NCBI RefSeq assembly: GCF_018977255.1 | Contig: NW_024704759.1 | Coordinates: forward strand, 9,114,001 to 9,178,000 | Direction of reading: 5' to 3' | Source: Callorhinchus milii | Lineage: Eukaryota | DNA: 64,000 nucleotides | Shown: piece after piece, positions 37,641 to 49,384 of the stretch | How positions within the stretch are numbered: the first letter of the stretch is position 1 | How the letters are laid out: each line of letters opens with the position of its first letter | Position numbers and translations under genes: made by a program | Notes under the pieces: model-generated | The model's database searches: none | What the model saw: only the letters and a program-made list of their open reading frames with translations | What the model was told of the DNA's origin: nothing

Positions 37641-39499
37641 ACACAGCAGCACAAGTACCGTGGATTGAGTATGACTGTATTTGCGGCTAACATCGTCCCC
37701 ATTGCTGACACAAGTAGTGCAATGGGCCACTTGTACTGCAAAGTTGATCTGCAGTGTAAATTTGCTGTTAGTTCTATCGATCCGATTCGAGTCCTGCTCC
37801 AGTAAGCAAGCTCAGGATCGAATGGATTGACACCATAGCTGTAACATTAAATCCCATCATACCCGCTGCTAATTTCGGTTAGTCGACCGGCCATTCAGCC
37901 ACCTCCTTAGTAACATTAAAATAATCCCAGGAGTAATGCCAGTTAGAGGAGCTCTACCTACACATGGGATTAGCCTCACATGTACACAGCACTCCTTGGT
38001 TTCCATCCGGGAGCAAGTTGAAGAGGAAACATAATTCTGAATTACATCGCTTCCAGCACTATAAAAAGGTTATTCCACACTGCTGTGTGAAGACATTTAT
38101 GCCATATGGAGTTATAAGGATAGATATGTGAACCGTATGAATATGTCCTTTTGGCATGTTTTTTCACGTAATCCCTGTAGCCCTTAGGCATTTTTTCCAA
38201 CTGCTGCTGTCTCACTGGGACACTATATGCGGGAGGAAGTGAATGGCCACCCAAGTTATTGATAGTTGAACGGCACCTTTGAACCTTCCAATAATGAACA
38301 GTATAAAAATAGTTCAGCTTCGACTTTCTCTGCAACCCAATGGATTATCTGGAGCCACTGACAATGAATGACATGGTGAATCATTTATGTGATGTTACAT
38401 TTTAACCCAATAACGCAGACCTGTGAGTCATCTAAATTTAATAGACTGTGCGCCTGAAATTGTACCAAAATACCACAATTCACTGCATGAGGCAATATTC
38501 CATCAAAGATGACCTTCATTCATACATAGACATGACTGGTTGTATTGACGAACAAGACACTGAGATGCAAGCCATTGGTTAGGTTTACTTGGGGTTATTT
38601 TCCAACACACTGTTTAGAAGCAAATGATGACCTGAACCAAGATCAGTAAGAAAGAAGCAATTTTGTTCTGTACACTTATAAGCCTTTGTGCTTTTGGAGC
38701 TGTACACAGTGACTATTACTATAGTTATGTTTGGAACTCTTTAAAAGTCTGCTGAACTCATTGAGACAGAATCGGATATTGGTTGCGCTATATTTAGAGA
38801 GAATTACTCCTGCTGCTCAGTGTGATCTGACATTTACATCACAAGGGAGGTATGTTGAATTACTCTCAAGTGACATAACTACGATAGGTCATTGTCCCAC
38901 ATGGAATACAGTGGAGGATGCACACAACAGAACAGATTGTTTGTTTTCCATGTTCAGGGTACAGTACTTTCAGAGAACGTTTAGATGCCAGAAGAGGTTG
39001 TACAGCTGATTGAGCTACAGAAATTAAACAACTGAATTATTTGTGCCAAACAGATGCTAGCCCAGACATGGAAAATGCATTCTTGGCATAGCTGTGTCCG
39101 GATGACCATGTGTGTAAAAAAACAAGTGGTCAGAGTCCTTGAGTGACTTGTTCCATCTGAATTATTTCCATTCATCTCTCTGTGTCTGCTTGTGGAGCTT
39201 GAGTTATGGAGATGAATGAAGATCGGGGTCAAAAGTCCAGTTAAACTGATTGGGTTTCTCTGGTCCTATGAGGGCGAAATTTTGTTTTCCTTGTATTGAA
39301 TTGGTTCTGGCCTTTAAAGATGATACTGAATTGGGAAGGCATTGCCAAATTTCAGTGAAAATGACCAAATTATATACAAATTAAGTTAATCTCTTACTGC
39401 CATCGTTTCACAATAAAATGATTTCCATCTGGAGGAGGAATCAGGTTCCCCATTGTTGAGGTTTAATGACATCTATTATGGGACCCTGTGCCATGTTTG

Positions 39500-39955
39500 T
39501 TTGGCTCTGTTGGTAGCACTCTCTCTTCTGAGTTGAAAGGTTGTGGGTTCAAATCCCATATTGGGACTTTGATCTGACAATCCTGTGTAGTGTTGGGGGA
39601 GCCCTCCATTGTTGGAGGTGGGGTCCTAAAGATGAGATGTTAAACTGAGGCCCTGTCTGCCCATTAAAAGTGGACCTTGACAATGATCCCGTTGCGATTG
39701 TTCAAACAGAGAAGGGAGTTTCTCCAGAGGTCTTGGCCAACAATCCCCCAGGTTAAATTGTTCATTAATTTCATGACTGTTTGTGGGGGGACATTGCCAT
39801 ACACAAATTGGCTGCTTGGTTGTCAAATCCTACAAATACACAGTCGCTACACTTTACATAAAATTTTGTGAAGCACTTTGAGACATTCCAACACTGTGAT
39901 CAGGTGCTGTATTAAATGTATCTTTAATACAGCACCTCATTATTATTATTGTTAT
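39500..39955 (+). mobile_element. Full-length Deu-domain SINE type A
   Basis: tggctctgttggtagcactctc...gggttcaaatccc head, complete Deu-like body and an L2-type tail containing a hairpin insert. Confidence 0.85.
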
Positions 39956-40279
39956 GTTACATGGATTTGAAAATGCTTGGGTCGTGGATTTATCAGCATG
40001 CTTGGGTTTAGACTTGGAAGATTGATACAGCCTGTATAATGGGTGTTGGTACTTGTTAAGAGATTGTTACAAGATTGTCTGAAAACTGGACAAAAGGAGA
40101 GTGATTGTAGCATGTTATTTTTAATTAGGTTTTACATTTTGAACAATATCAGGGAGGTGTTTTAATATTTATTAACACTGGTTTGTTGAATAGCATGTCA
40201 GGAAAGAGAAATGTTCTGATTGTTTAAGTGGTCTTCAATGATTCCGTTATAAAATGATAGCGATTAAAATGCAAGCGAG

Positions 40280-40815
40280 ATCTTGACCTCCTTATGGACT
40301 CGCTACTTCAACTCCACCACTCCCATTGTTTCTCTGATCTATTCGTCTTTAGCCTCCCACGCATCTCCAGTTAATTTCTTTTTGGTCTGTGTTTAGCATC
40401 TCCAAACAAGCTAAAGGCAACTTCCTTATCTTCCACTTGGGCGCTCCTCAATCTGTAGCTCTGAACATTGCTTTCAACAACTTTGCAACCCATATTGCCA
40501 TTCAATCTCCCAGGTGTGTCATTATCTTTCCGGTGTGTCACTCAACCCCGTGTCTTCCTCTTGCTTTTGTCTTACTAATGCTTGCTTGTTTGAGCCCTGT
40601 CCAAGATCACCTTTGTATCCTGCACTGCACTTTAACACCTCGTTTACTATCTATTAATGACCCATTAGCTGGCTCTTTATGTATTTATTTTAATGTCTTT
40701 AGATTTTTGTCTTTGCCTTAATGTGTTCCTTGCCCCTGCTCTTCCTTGTCTCCGCACCAGGCTATTCAGGCAGTTCACTCCACAGGTCACACCCTAATAC
40801 GTTAACCTGCCTTTA
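40280..40815 (+). mobile_element. Penelope-like element remnant (GIY-YIG endonuclease C-terminus + 3' region)
   Basis: KQAKGNFLIFHLGAPQSVALNIAFNNF resembles the EQHLIFRLGTLQPxGLNIEFNNF-type end of vertebrate Penelope ORFs. A pyrimidine-rich 3' region follows. Confidence 0.7.
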
Positions 40816-41199
40816 CATGTTAATCCCATTCCTCCTCTCAATGCTTATTTGCTTTTAATTCCAGTTTAATTACAGCAAACATTACACATTTCCCAAATTC
40901 CCCAATGCAAATTTCAAGAGAAATACTTGCAAGAGAAATGTTAATCTTATCAGATTTAATCTACAAAAAAGGTCCCTCCAATGTTGTTCGGCTCTCACTG
41001 GACAAGGTGAGTAGCTGTTTTAATATAGTAAAAAGAACTATATTATATGGTGACAATCTAGAAACGGCCATACAGAACCGTGAGGTTTATAACAACAATA
41101 TGTGGCGCCCTCCACGCAGGGTGGTGTCTCAGAGAGCTTAACAATGGCGGAGTGGGGGGGAGGTGACCATAAGCTGTACAATTCTATGATTCTATGAAC

Positions 41200-41350
41200 A
41201 GTCATGGATTGACTGTTGGTGGAGCGGAGGGTGCGAGGGACGAACAGCAGGCCGGTGCCAGTCAAGCGGAGGCGCTGGGTGGTGGGCTGTGAAGTGAGGA
41301 AGTCGGAGATGTAGGGAGGGTTCAGGGAGTGAAGCAATTTGAACACGAGT
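41200..41350 (-). mobile_element. L2 ORF2 C-terminal fragment
   Basis: VFKLLHSLNPPYISDFLTSQPTTQRLRLTGTGLLFVPRTLRST, typical L2 C-terminal region. A plus-strand CR1 tail (attctatg)2 lies at 41175-41197. Confidence 0.85.
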
Positions 41351-42169
41351 TGTAGATCTTATAGCTCAGAGAGTCATTTGGTAGATATTATTAATTTGCA
41401 GGTGAAGAACCTCCAATAACTGTCTGTAAACGTATCATCTTTGCATTTGGATGATGATAAACATTTATGTTTCCAGTTAGCTTTAGGTACTACATTGTTT
41501 TTTACCGTCCTATTCCGAGCAAGATAGTTATAGCTATCTTGCTCAGATAGTTATTGCTCAGATAGCTGTGCGCAATTGCAGGATAGAAGCTCTTTGAGAC
41601 GTCTCAGGCACGTGATAAGGTGCTATATCAAATGCTTAGGACACTTCAGTCATAGTGCTGTGAGATGGGAACTGGAGGTAAATTGATGGCTTCGCATCTC
41701 TCTCTTTTCTGAGTTCAGCCAATTAATGTTCAGTGCAATTGAAGAATCTCACTCCTTAATAACAGCAATAACCCGATGGAAGGTTCATTGGACCGGACCT
41801 ACTGTGATCTTTAAAACATACAAACGATGAAGTTATACACTTGCTTTATACGAGTGGCAGTCAGGCTGCAGTTGAACTCAAGCGCACGTGAGTCCCAAGT
41901 GTATTGCAAGAAACTCCCTCCAATTCACCTCGTACCACTTACCTGAACTTGAAAATAAGGTTGCACTCCAGACATTGGTACCATGTAAAAATTGCACTGA
42001 ACTTGCACAAGCCTTGAAGTACTGAGTTGCTCCAATACTCTCCACCCTCATTGTAACACAGTCACAGTAAGCCAGGTATTGTACTGTTAGAAGTGATAAC
42101 AAGTGGCTTGTTAGAATGAATATGATATGAACATAATACAAATATCCTTTATCCACAGCTATGTCTTAT

Positions 42170-42320
42170 GATAATACTTGCATTTGATATAGCGCATTTC
42201 TTGTCGGGGGAGCACCTCAAAGTGCTTCACAGGATTTACTGTAAAGTGTAGTGACTGGGTGCTTGTGAGCAAACGCAGCAGCCAATTTACACAGAGCCAT
42301 GTCCTACAAAACTGACATGA
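42170..42320 (-). mobile_element. SINE 3' part
   Basis: cttgcatttgatatagcgc...caaagtgcttcacagg...aaacgcagcagccaattt. Confidence 0.8.
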
Positions 42321-43414
42321 AAATAGTCACTTGCTTTGCACATTTAACCAACAAAATACCTGAACACTTCTCTTAAACAAATAATTCTTCGGAAATAGTA
42401 ACAGACATTAGGAAAACATACAGACAACTTACCTCAAGAAATTATTTAATTAAGGCCTTGGAATGACGGCATTCCTTTCTCAGTTTTGAAGTGCAGTGCT
42501 TTGAGTGCAGTCCTTGTAATCGAAAAGTCCTGTGGAATTTGTGAAGACGACGGCGTGTTTTGAAAAAAAGGCTGTATGTTTGTAATATCGTGTGTGCTAT
42601 TTTTAAAAAGTCTTAACATTTGCTTTGTTCTAAATTTTGGAGGCAAACACATCAATAATCTGAACTGGATCTTATATTTTTTCTGATTTTCTGAAAGCTT
42701 CATTGAGTAGTCAGGTAGATTACACATACCCGAGCTTGTATTCTCTTTAAAACAGGATATTTTCAGTGAGCATTCCTTGGAGTGAAAGAGATGTGACATA
42801 AATGGAAGAAAACAACATTTGGCTGAGTGTTTTCTTAAGCCCTTTGTGAGTTCACAAGAGAAGAAAGGCAGCTTTCTGTACGGGGCTATTAATATATAGT
42901 TTATGTTCTCCAGATTGGATTTTATGGCAGCTGACTGATTCAGGTAAAGAGCACTCGGTAGAAACACAAAATTCTGCTTCCTACTTGGTACTACATTTTG
43001 TACAGTGTTGGTCAGTGCTGTGACAACCTTGAACCATATGATTTGATTTCACATCTCTGCCCAGAGCGTCTTGTCCGAATGATATCATCAATCAGGCCTT
43101 TCAACTCTGTTTCCAAAAGTACCATTCTTTGTGTGTGCTGCGGAGAAAGATGACCACAGTGCATTAACTAAAGAGGCTGTTTACTCTCCCTCCCCCCACC
43201 CCCCCACCCCCACCCCCTTGGATGTACTGGTCTCTGAATATGTTTTTGTTTTTAAAGCTTTTAATTGACAGACTCTTACTCCCTTCTGGGCATGGGGGCC
43301 TTTTTGAAGTTAAAAAAAAAGCCCATAGTGCACAGATTGTGCTAACCAGGATCTGGTTCTATTTACGTCAATGCACGTGCTACATATGCTCCACAAAAGC
43401 ATCAAAACAAATAA

Positions 43415-43598
43415 CAACTGGTCACTCGCTTCATGGCTGTTTGTCAGTCATTATTGTGTGCAAATTGGCCGTCCTGTTTGCCCACAAACAATTGCACAGA
43501 GTCACTTTTCAGTATATCCTGTGAAGCGCTTTGGGACGTCCTCCTGATGTGAAAGGCACTATATCAAATGTAAGGATTATTATTATTTATTATTATTA
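43415..43598 (+). mobile_element. SINE 3' part
   Basis: tgtgtgcaaattggccg...gtgaagcgctttgggacgtcc...gtgaaaggcactatatcaaatg(att)n. Confidence 0.85.
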
Positions 43599-44436
43599 CA
43601 AGGTGGTGGTGCAACCTGCACAATTACGATCAATTTATTTTATTCAAGAAAGTCTCTCGAAAATTGCATCGGCGCTCCAAATAATGGTCATAAATTTCAG
43701 TTTGTGTTGATACGAAAGAAAGGTAATAAAATAAGTGTCATGCCATTTATGATACGTTGTTGGGGTTGTGTGATCTGGCTTCTGACAGCAATATTCTATT
43801 TGACTCCTTCCTTCAGCAGTGACAATCAAATAAAAGTTAATTAAGTGGTAGCTTCCATTTGTCAGGAGTGTGTGAAGCAGTAAAAGTCCTTGTGCTGAGT
43901 AAATGCCAAAAGAGTAGGTTGAGTGGTCCAATTGAAGTTCAAATGGTTTTCTATCATACAACAATAGAACTTTACACCACCGAAGAAGGCCATTCGGCTC
44001 ATCGTAACTGTGCCGGCTGCTTGAAAGAGCAATCCATTCATTACCACTTAGTAGTATTCGCCTGTATTGTACTGAAACGTTGCGGGTCTATACCTTTATA
44101 TCGGAGTTTTCATAAACCAGGAAAAAGAAAATTATTATCTGGAACCTGACCGTGATATTTGTTTTTTAACTACAGAGTTTACTGTGGTGTAATAGTCTCA
44201 ACTTAGTTTCATTAATAACAACTGTAACTCACACTCATTAACAGTGAACTCCTGGTAACTTGAGCCTGGTTTAACTCGTCACGACCACTTAAGTCATGAT
44301 GCTGTCAATATCCCATCCGCAGTTATCTAGATATTGTTACATATGCCTAACTCAGCACTCCGGATAACTCATCACTGAGCCCTTTTCCCTTGGAGTGATG
44401 AGTTATCAGGAATTTACTGTAAGCAGCGTCCTTTGG

Positions 44437-44585
44437 AACCCAGGAAAGCGGGAACAGGGGAAGGCTATTCAACCCATCAATCCAATTCCACCAGTTTGTT
44501 GGATCTCGGCAGATTTCAAAATCCCACTGCCGTGCCTTTCCACAATATTGCTTAATGCCTGTACTCCCCGAATCTCTTTCACGTA
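44437..44585 (-). mobile_element. CR1 3' tail/UTR
   Basis: ggaacaggggaaggctattcaacccatcaatccaattccacc is the reverse complement of a CR1-type tail. Confidence 0.65.
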
Positions 44586-44624
44586 GGACAATGTTAGCCA
44601 ACACATGGCCATCACAGGGTCATC

Positions 44625-44923
44625 ATGAGCACTCGCTTTGCAAGCGAGAGACCTGAGTTCAATTCCAGGCAGAGGGTGAAACCTTGGGCAAGTTTCCTTA
44701 CTCCACACACCTAATAATAATCCCTCCAAAACAAAAAACAATAACAAATTGGTCATTTTCAATCTACGACTGTTTGTGGGACATTGCTGTGCGCAATTGG
44801 CTGCCGCGTTCGCCCACAAATATACAGTCAATTCACTTTACAGTGTGTTCTGTGAAGCGCTTTGGGACGTCCTCCCGACGTGAAAAGCGCTATATCAAAT
44901 GCAAGGATTATGATTATTATTAT
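44625..44923 (+). mobile_element. SINE type B, internally deleted, low divergence
   Basis: gagcactcgc...gagttcaattcc head; ttgggcaagtttccttactccacacacc joined to taataatccctcc; ttgctgtgcgcaattggctgccgcgttcgcccacaaa; intact tail. Confidence 0.9.
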
Positions 44924-45654
44924 CAACAAGTGGCCTGCCGAACATTCGCACGAGTCGAGGTGAGCGTGTTTTAAATCAATGTTTTATTTTCAGCAGCTAC
45001 TCAAGTAGCGACGTTTATGGTTTGTGGCCATAAATTAAGAAATATTCCATCAATAAAATTAATCTTGTTGGCCGCCTAAAAGGTTGGCCTGACACGGGAG
45101 GACGTCTCAAAGCGCTTTACAGAGACTGAATGAGAGCCCAAGCAGGGTGGGATTTAAGGGAATAGCTCAGTTAGAAGAGAGAATGTGTTGCTCGCACTTT
45201 CTAAAGCAAACTGGTTAGGTTATTAATGCCCTCTCAGCTGACTGCTCTGCATATACTAATGGCTATCGTCCACCGGATTAGGCTGTATTCAATATGCGTG
45301 CCAGGGTTTGTATTTCAGTTTCACATGTGAGCCATGTAGTCAGTTAAAACAAATTTGAAACTGAAGATACGTAATATACCGGGGTGTAAGATTATAAATA
45401 TGCTCTAAGAATTTACATCCTGGACAATTACAGGTAAGAAGTCTATACTTCAGTGAGATATTTCTTTGTAGGATTGCATTACTGAAGGATGAGATACAAT
45501 TATAATCTTAGATAAGTTGTTCTTTACCGTTCATTAAACTGATAAGATGCAGAGCTGGTTTGAGATTTTGGTGCCTTTTAATCACTATAAATGATGCCTT
45601 TAAGAGTAGCTCTGTTACTCGAAGATAAAACGGTCAAGTGGATAAAGGTACCTT

Positions 45655-45960
45655 GCAGTGCAGCACTGAGCCAGGCAGAGCAAGAGAGCAGAGGTTTGCA
45701 TCTGTTTGCTGTTTGCTGAGTTAGTCAGGGCAGATGTTGACCTGAATACCACTGGTTGAGGGAGGGGAGGGAAATAAAATGGTCCTGCTTCTGATTGCAA
45801 TGCAGAGACCCTGCTGAGAGGTGTTCTCGTGTAAGAGGTTGAATCAGAAAGCTTTGAATCAGGCTTACGATGACCCCACGAACACATACTGACAAAGCTC
45901 ACAAGTGAAGAATACACAGTTGGCCCACATACCAGAGGATGCCCAACACCCACTTTTGAC
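45655..45960 (+). mobile_element. Older degenerate SINE-like repeat (same family as 13590-13830 and about 2990-3210)
   Basis: tgctgagttag...gggaggggagggaaa...cctgcttctgattgc...gaccctgctg; the later gaagaat...taccagagg segment resembles 3100-3150. Confidence 0.45.
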
Positions 45961-46619
45961 TGCCATGTCCTTTATGGAACTGCTACCAGCCGCCAGCACT
46001 TTATTATGCAAAAGAATAGAGGCAATAGAGGGAATCAGCCAGGTTACAGCTTTATTTCCTAATTGTGTGGCACCGTGGCCCACTGTTACAATGGGTGTCG
46101 GTGGGAAAACTGACTTTATCCACACTCAACACTTACATGGTCACAATCTATTATCGACGGTGACCAAAATCGTTGCTAAAGATAATGACCATCAGACGGT
46201 TTGCGGTTCCCAACGAAATAACTATCCTTGCAATTGTTGCAGTGCCCTTCACTTCCGGATAACGTCTCAAAGCGTTTACAGGATCTTTAGTGTAACGTGC
46301 AATGAATATTGATGTCGAGGCCAACATGGTTTGTGCACAACAATGTGACCATGAGAAATATCTTGGTTGAAAAGAGCACGGCTGCCTATCCTGGAGAATC
46401 CATACCCTTGGTGTTTCATGGCGCTGTGATTATATTTGTAAATGGGTTGTTGCAGGTTCTAGCTTGGGAATTTGTGCTAAATGTCACACTTTTTATGAGA
46501 TTGCAGTAAACATGCTTTATTATTATTAAAATTGCAATTCCGTACTTTGATTCGATTTTTAAAGGCTGTATGGTAATTGCTCCAGCCCTGAAATATTTTA
46601 AAGGCCCATAAGGTATTAA

Positions 46620-46930
46620 TTGATGAGACGTAGAACTAAGGTCCTGTCTGCTTATTCAGGTGGATCCCATGGCACTATCATAGAATTATAGAATTATACA
46701 GCACAGAAGGAGGCCATTCGGCTCATTGTGTCCGTGCCAGCTCTTTGAAAAGAGCTATCCAAATCAATCCCACTCCCCCGCTCTTTCCCCATAGCCCTGC
46801 AAGCTTGTCCTCCCCAAATAATTACCTACTTCTCTCACTAATCGAAGGAGGTTTCTCCCAGTGTCCTGGCTTTGTCACTCGCAGGCCATTGCTGTGCACA
46901 ATTGGGTTTCTCTTTTCACAATATACTCAC
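46620..46930 (+). mobile_element. Deu SINE fragment interrupted by a minus-strand CR1 3' end (46678-46835)
   Basis: ggatcccatggcacta | catagaattatagaattatacagcacagaaggaggccattcggc... | cacta atcgaaggagg...cagtgtcctggc. Confidence 0.85.
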
Positions 46931-47535
46931 GGCGGCCAACAGTCTGCATTGGAACAAGAGAGAAATAAACTTGTTTTTGTGCTCGCTCACCAGCAACGTC
47001 TGCCCTACTCTTCAATTCCACTTACTCACTATGGGAAAAATTATGTTACAACAGCTCTGGAGGAAGCTAATCCAGATGCTGTGGCATCTGGATTAGCCTC
47101 CTTACAACTGCCCAGTGAACATCCCTTTGACATTAATTGTTCTGCACAAAAAAAAGCAAAGCAAGCGAGGAAGTGGATTCCAAAAGGATAGACCTTTTTA
47201 TTTCATGCAGAGGAGTCTAGTGCTTTATGTTCTCCTTTATAAAGAGCTATTGATTTTTGAAGAGGATGTCTTTGTTACTTCCAGATGCAGCAGAGATCTT
47301 ATAAGGCAAACAGCAACTTAGACATTCAATCTTCACATGTCATAGATCTCTGTGTATGGGAGAATTGGCTAGGAACCTAAAGTCAAAATAATTTATTAGA
47401 AATTACCAGAAGTTATCGTTGCATAGACTGCAACAGTTAAATCTATGCATTTTAGTAAACAGCAATGCAGTTAGGGTCATTTTAAAACTCATATATATTG
47501 CATATGGCCATAACTACTATTGAAATTGTACCTTA

Positions 47536-47978
47536 TAATAATATTAATAATCCTAACATTTTAATATAACTCCTTTCAAATCAGGAGAATGTCTCAAAGC
47601 TTTTCACAGGACGTATTTTGTATGTGCACAAACCAGCCAATTTCCACACAGCAATGCCCACAAACAGCCATGAAGTGAGTGACCAAATTTAACCGTGGGA
47701 TTGTCAGCCAGGGCACCAGTAGAAGCTCCCTTCTCTTTTCGAAAAATGCCATGGGATCTTTAACATCCACCTGAATAGGTAGATGGGCACAGGGTTTAAC
47801 ATCTCATCTGAATGCTGGCACCACCAATCATGCAGCAATCTCCTCCCAGGACTTCTTAATAAATAATAAGTAATCCTTGCATTTGATATAGCGATTTTCC
47901 ACGTCTTCAAGCTGTCTGAAAGCGCTTCACAGAATACGCTGTAAAGTGAATTGACTGTATATGTTCTGGGCAAAATAT
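47536..47978 (-). mobile_element. Two tandem minus-strand SINE copies (47536-47830 type A; 47860-47978 tail)
   Basis: tgccatgggatctttaacatccacctgaa (Deu, reverse complement) and two (aat)n ccttgcatttgatatagcg-type tails. Confidence 0.8.
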
Positions 47979-48651
47979 ACACTTAACTTGATTAATAATT
48001 ATATCAATCCTTTCATTCCATCTTTCCAATGCAAAATGTGGTTAGAAAGAAGTGACAAAACAACTGCTATTTGTAGTGTGCCAAGCATGATAGATTTCAC
48101 TGTACTGGAACAGGGCAATTATCATATATTCTGCACCTTCTATAAGGACGTTAGTTATTCTGAAACAATTTTTAATATTAAAGAATGAGAAAGTGAACGA
48201 TCAAATGAGAAAAAAAAACATGGAATTAATTGATCTGCAGTGATATTTCTCGATGCAAATATTTCACCACGTCTTGAAATAGTTAAAAATTTAGAACAGA
48301 CATCGCTACAGTTATACCACTCCAGTGTTGCTCATTGATTTGCAAGGGTCAACATACTGAGCTACTGATGATTTCTTCCTCTCTGTATCCGGTGACATCA
48401 GCAAGCAATCCTGGGTCAGATACAGATAGAGGGTTGTTCTCCCCGCATGACTCTGACACTGTCTAAACTTCCAACCTCTGAACCACAGCTCACTGCACCA
48501 GCCTGAGTTTGCCATTCGCTATATTGCCTGTTCTTCCAGCCACTTTGAGTCAGATTGCTGAATTAGCGTTTCAAGCAGCTTTCCATCCTAATCACAGTGC
48601 AAGCCATTATCTAGAGCAGTTTGAAGTCAGATAATGTATGTCGTTGGTAAA

Positions 48652-48885
48652 TGTCTGGAACTCCACCCTGCAGTTCCTCCACATCGCCCCCTCCCTCGCC
48701 ACCTTCAAGACCCACTTCAAGAACCTCTTCTTCAACCGTGCTTTCAATCTCCCTGCTTCCCCCTCTGCCCTCCCCTCTCCCCCACTCCGACCCTCAGCTC
48801 AGGTCCGTAACTCTGTCTGTCCAGCACCTTGGGACGTCCTCCCGACGCGAAAGGCGCTATATAAATGTAATTTTGTTGTTGTTGT
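48652..48885 (+). mobile_element. L2 3' end with complete tail
   Basis: VWNSTLQFLHIAPSLATFKTHFKNLFFNRAF; tail ttgggacgtcctcccgacgcgaaaggcgctatataaatgtaa(ttg)n. Confidence 0.9.
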
Positions 48886-49041
48886 CTGCAGTGTCATTCT
48901 TACTGAAGCTGCTTCGGTTTGAACGCTGTTTTTTTCCCCACGAGTTGCTCGCACCTCCTTGCCAGCTGTCCCATTGAATGTAGAAGTGATAAGTGATACA
49001 AGTCTGTCTGACATCCTTGTGCATTGCAGGGCTTGTTATTA

Positions 49042-49330
49042 CAATAATAAAAATAATAATAATCCTTGCATCTGATACATCACCTGATTATGTCGTCGAG
49101 ACATCTCAAAGTACTTCCCAGGACTTTGACTGTGAAGTGTAGTGACTGTGCATTTGTGGGCAAACGCAGCACCACTACTGCCAATGAAGTGAGTGACCAA
49201 TTCTGTTTGGGGAATTGTTGGCCGGACACCGGGAGAAATTCCCTCGCCTTTTTAATAGCGCTACGGGATTTTAACATCCACCAGCAAAGGTAAACAAGGC
49301 CTTGATTTAATGTTTCATCTGAAACACCAA
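49042..49330 (-). mobile_element. Deu-domain SINE fragment
   Basis: (aat)n tail, ttgttggccggacaccgggagaa, ttttaacatccacc. Confidence 0.8.
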
Positions 49331-49339
49331 CGACACAGC

Positions 49340-49384
49340 CCCCCTTCCCCCCCCCAGCCGCCCCCCCCCCCCCCCCCCCACCCC
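49340..49384. repeat. Poly-C / C-rich tract (G-rich on minus strand)
   Basis: Contains a run of about 19 C. A similar C-rich tract lies at 43187-43217. Confidence 0.9.

Noticed and set aside
39170-39218. 10-bp inverted repeat cattcatctc/gagatgaatg
   Set aside because: Of the order expected by chance in 64 kb.
42446-42967. 173-aa minus-strand ORF, the longest real ORF
   Set aside because: No recognisable domain, non-ATG start, and composition typical of AT-rich non-coding DNA.
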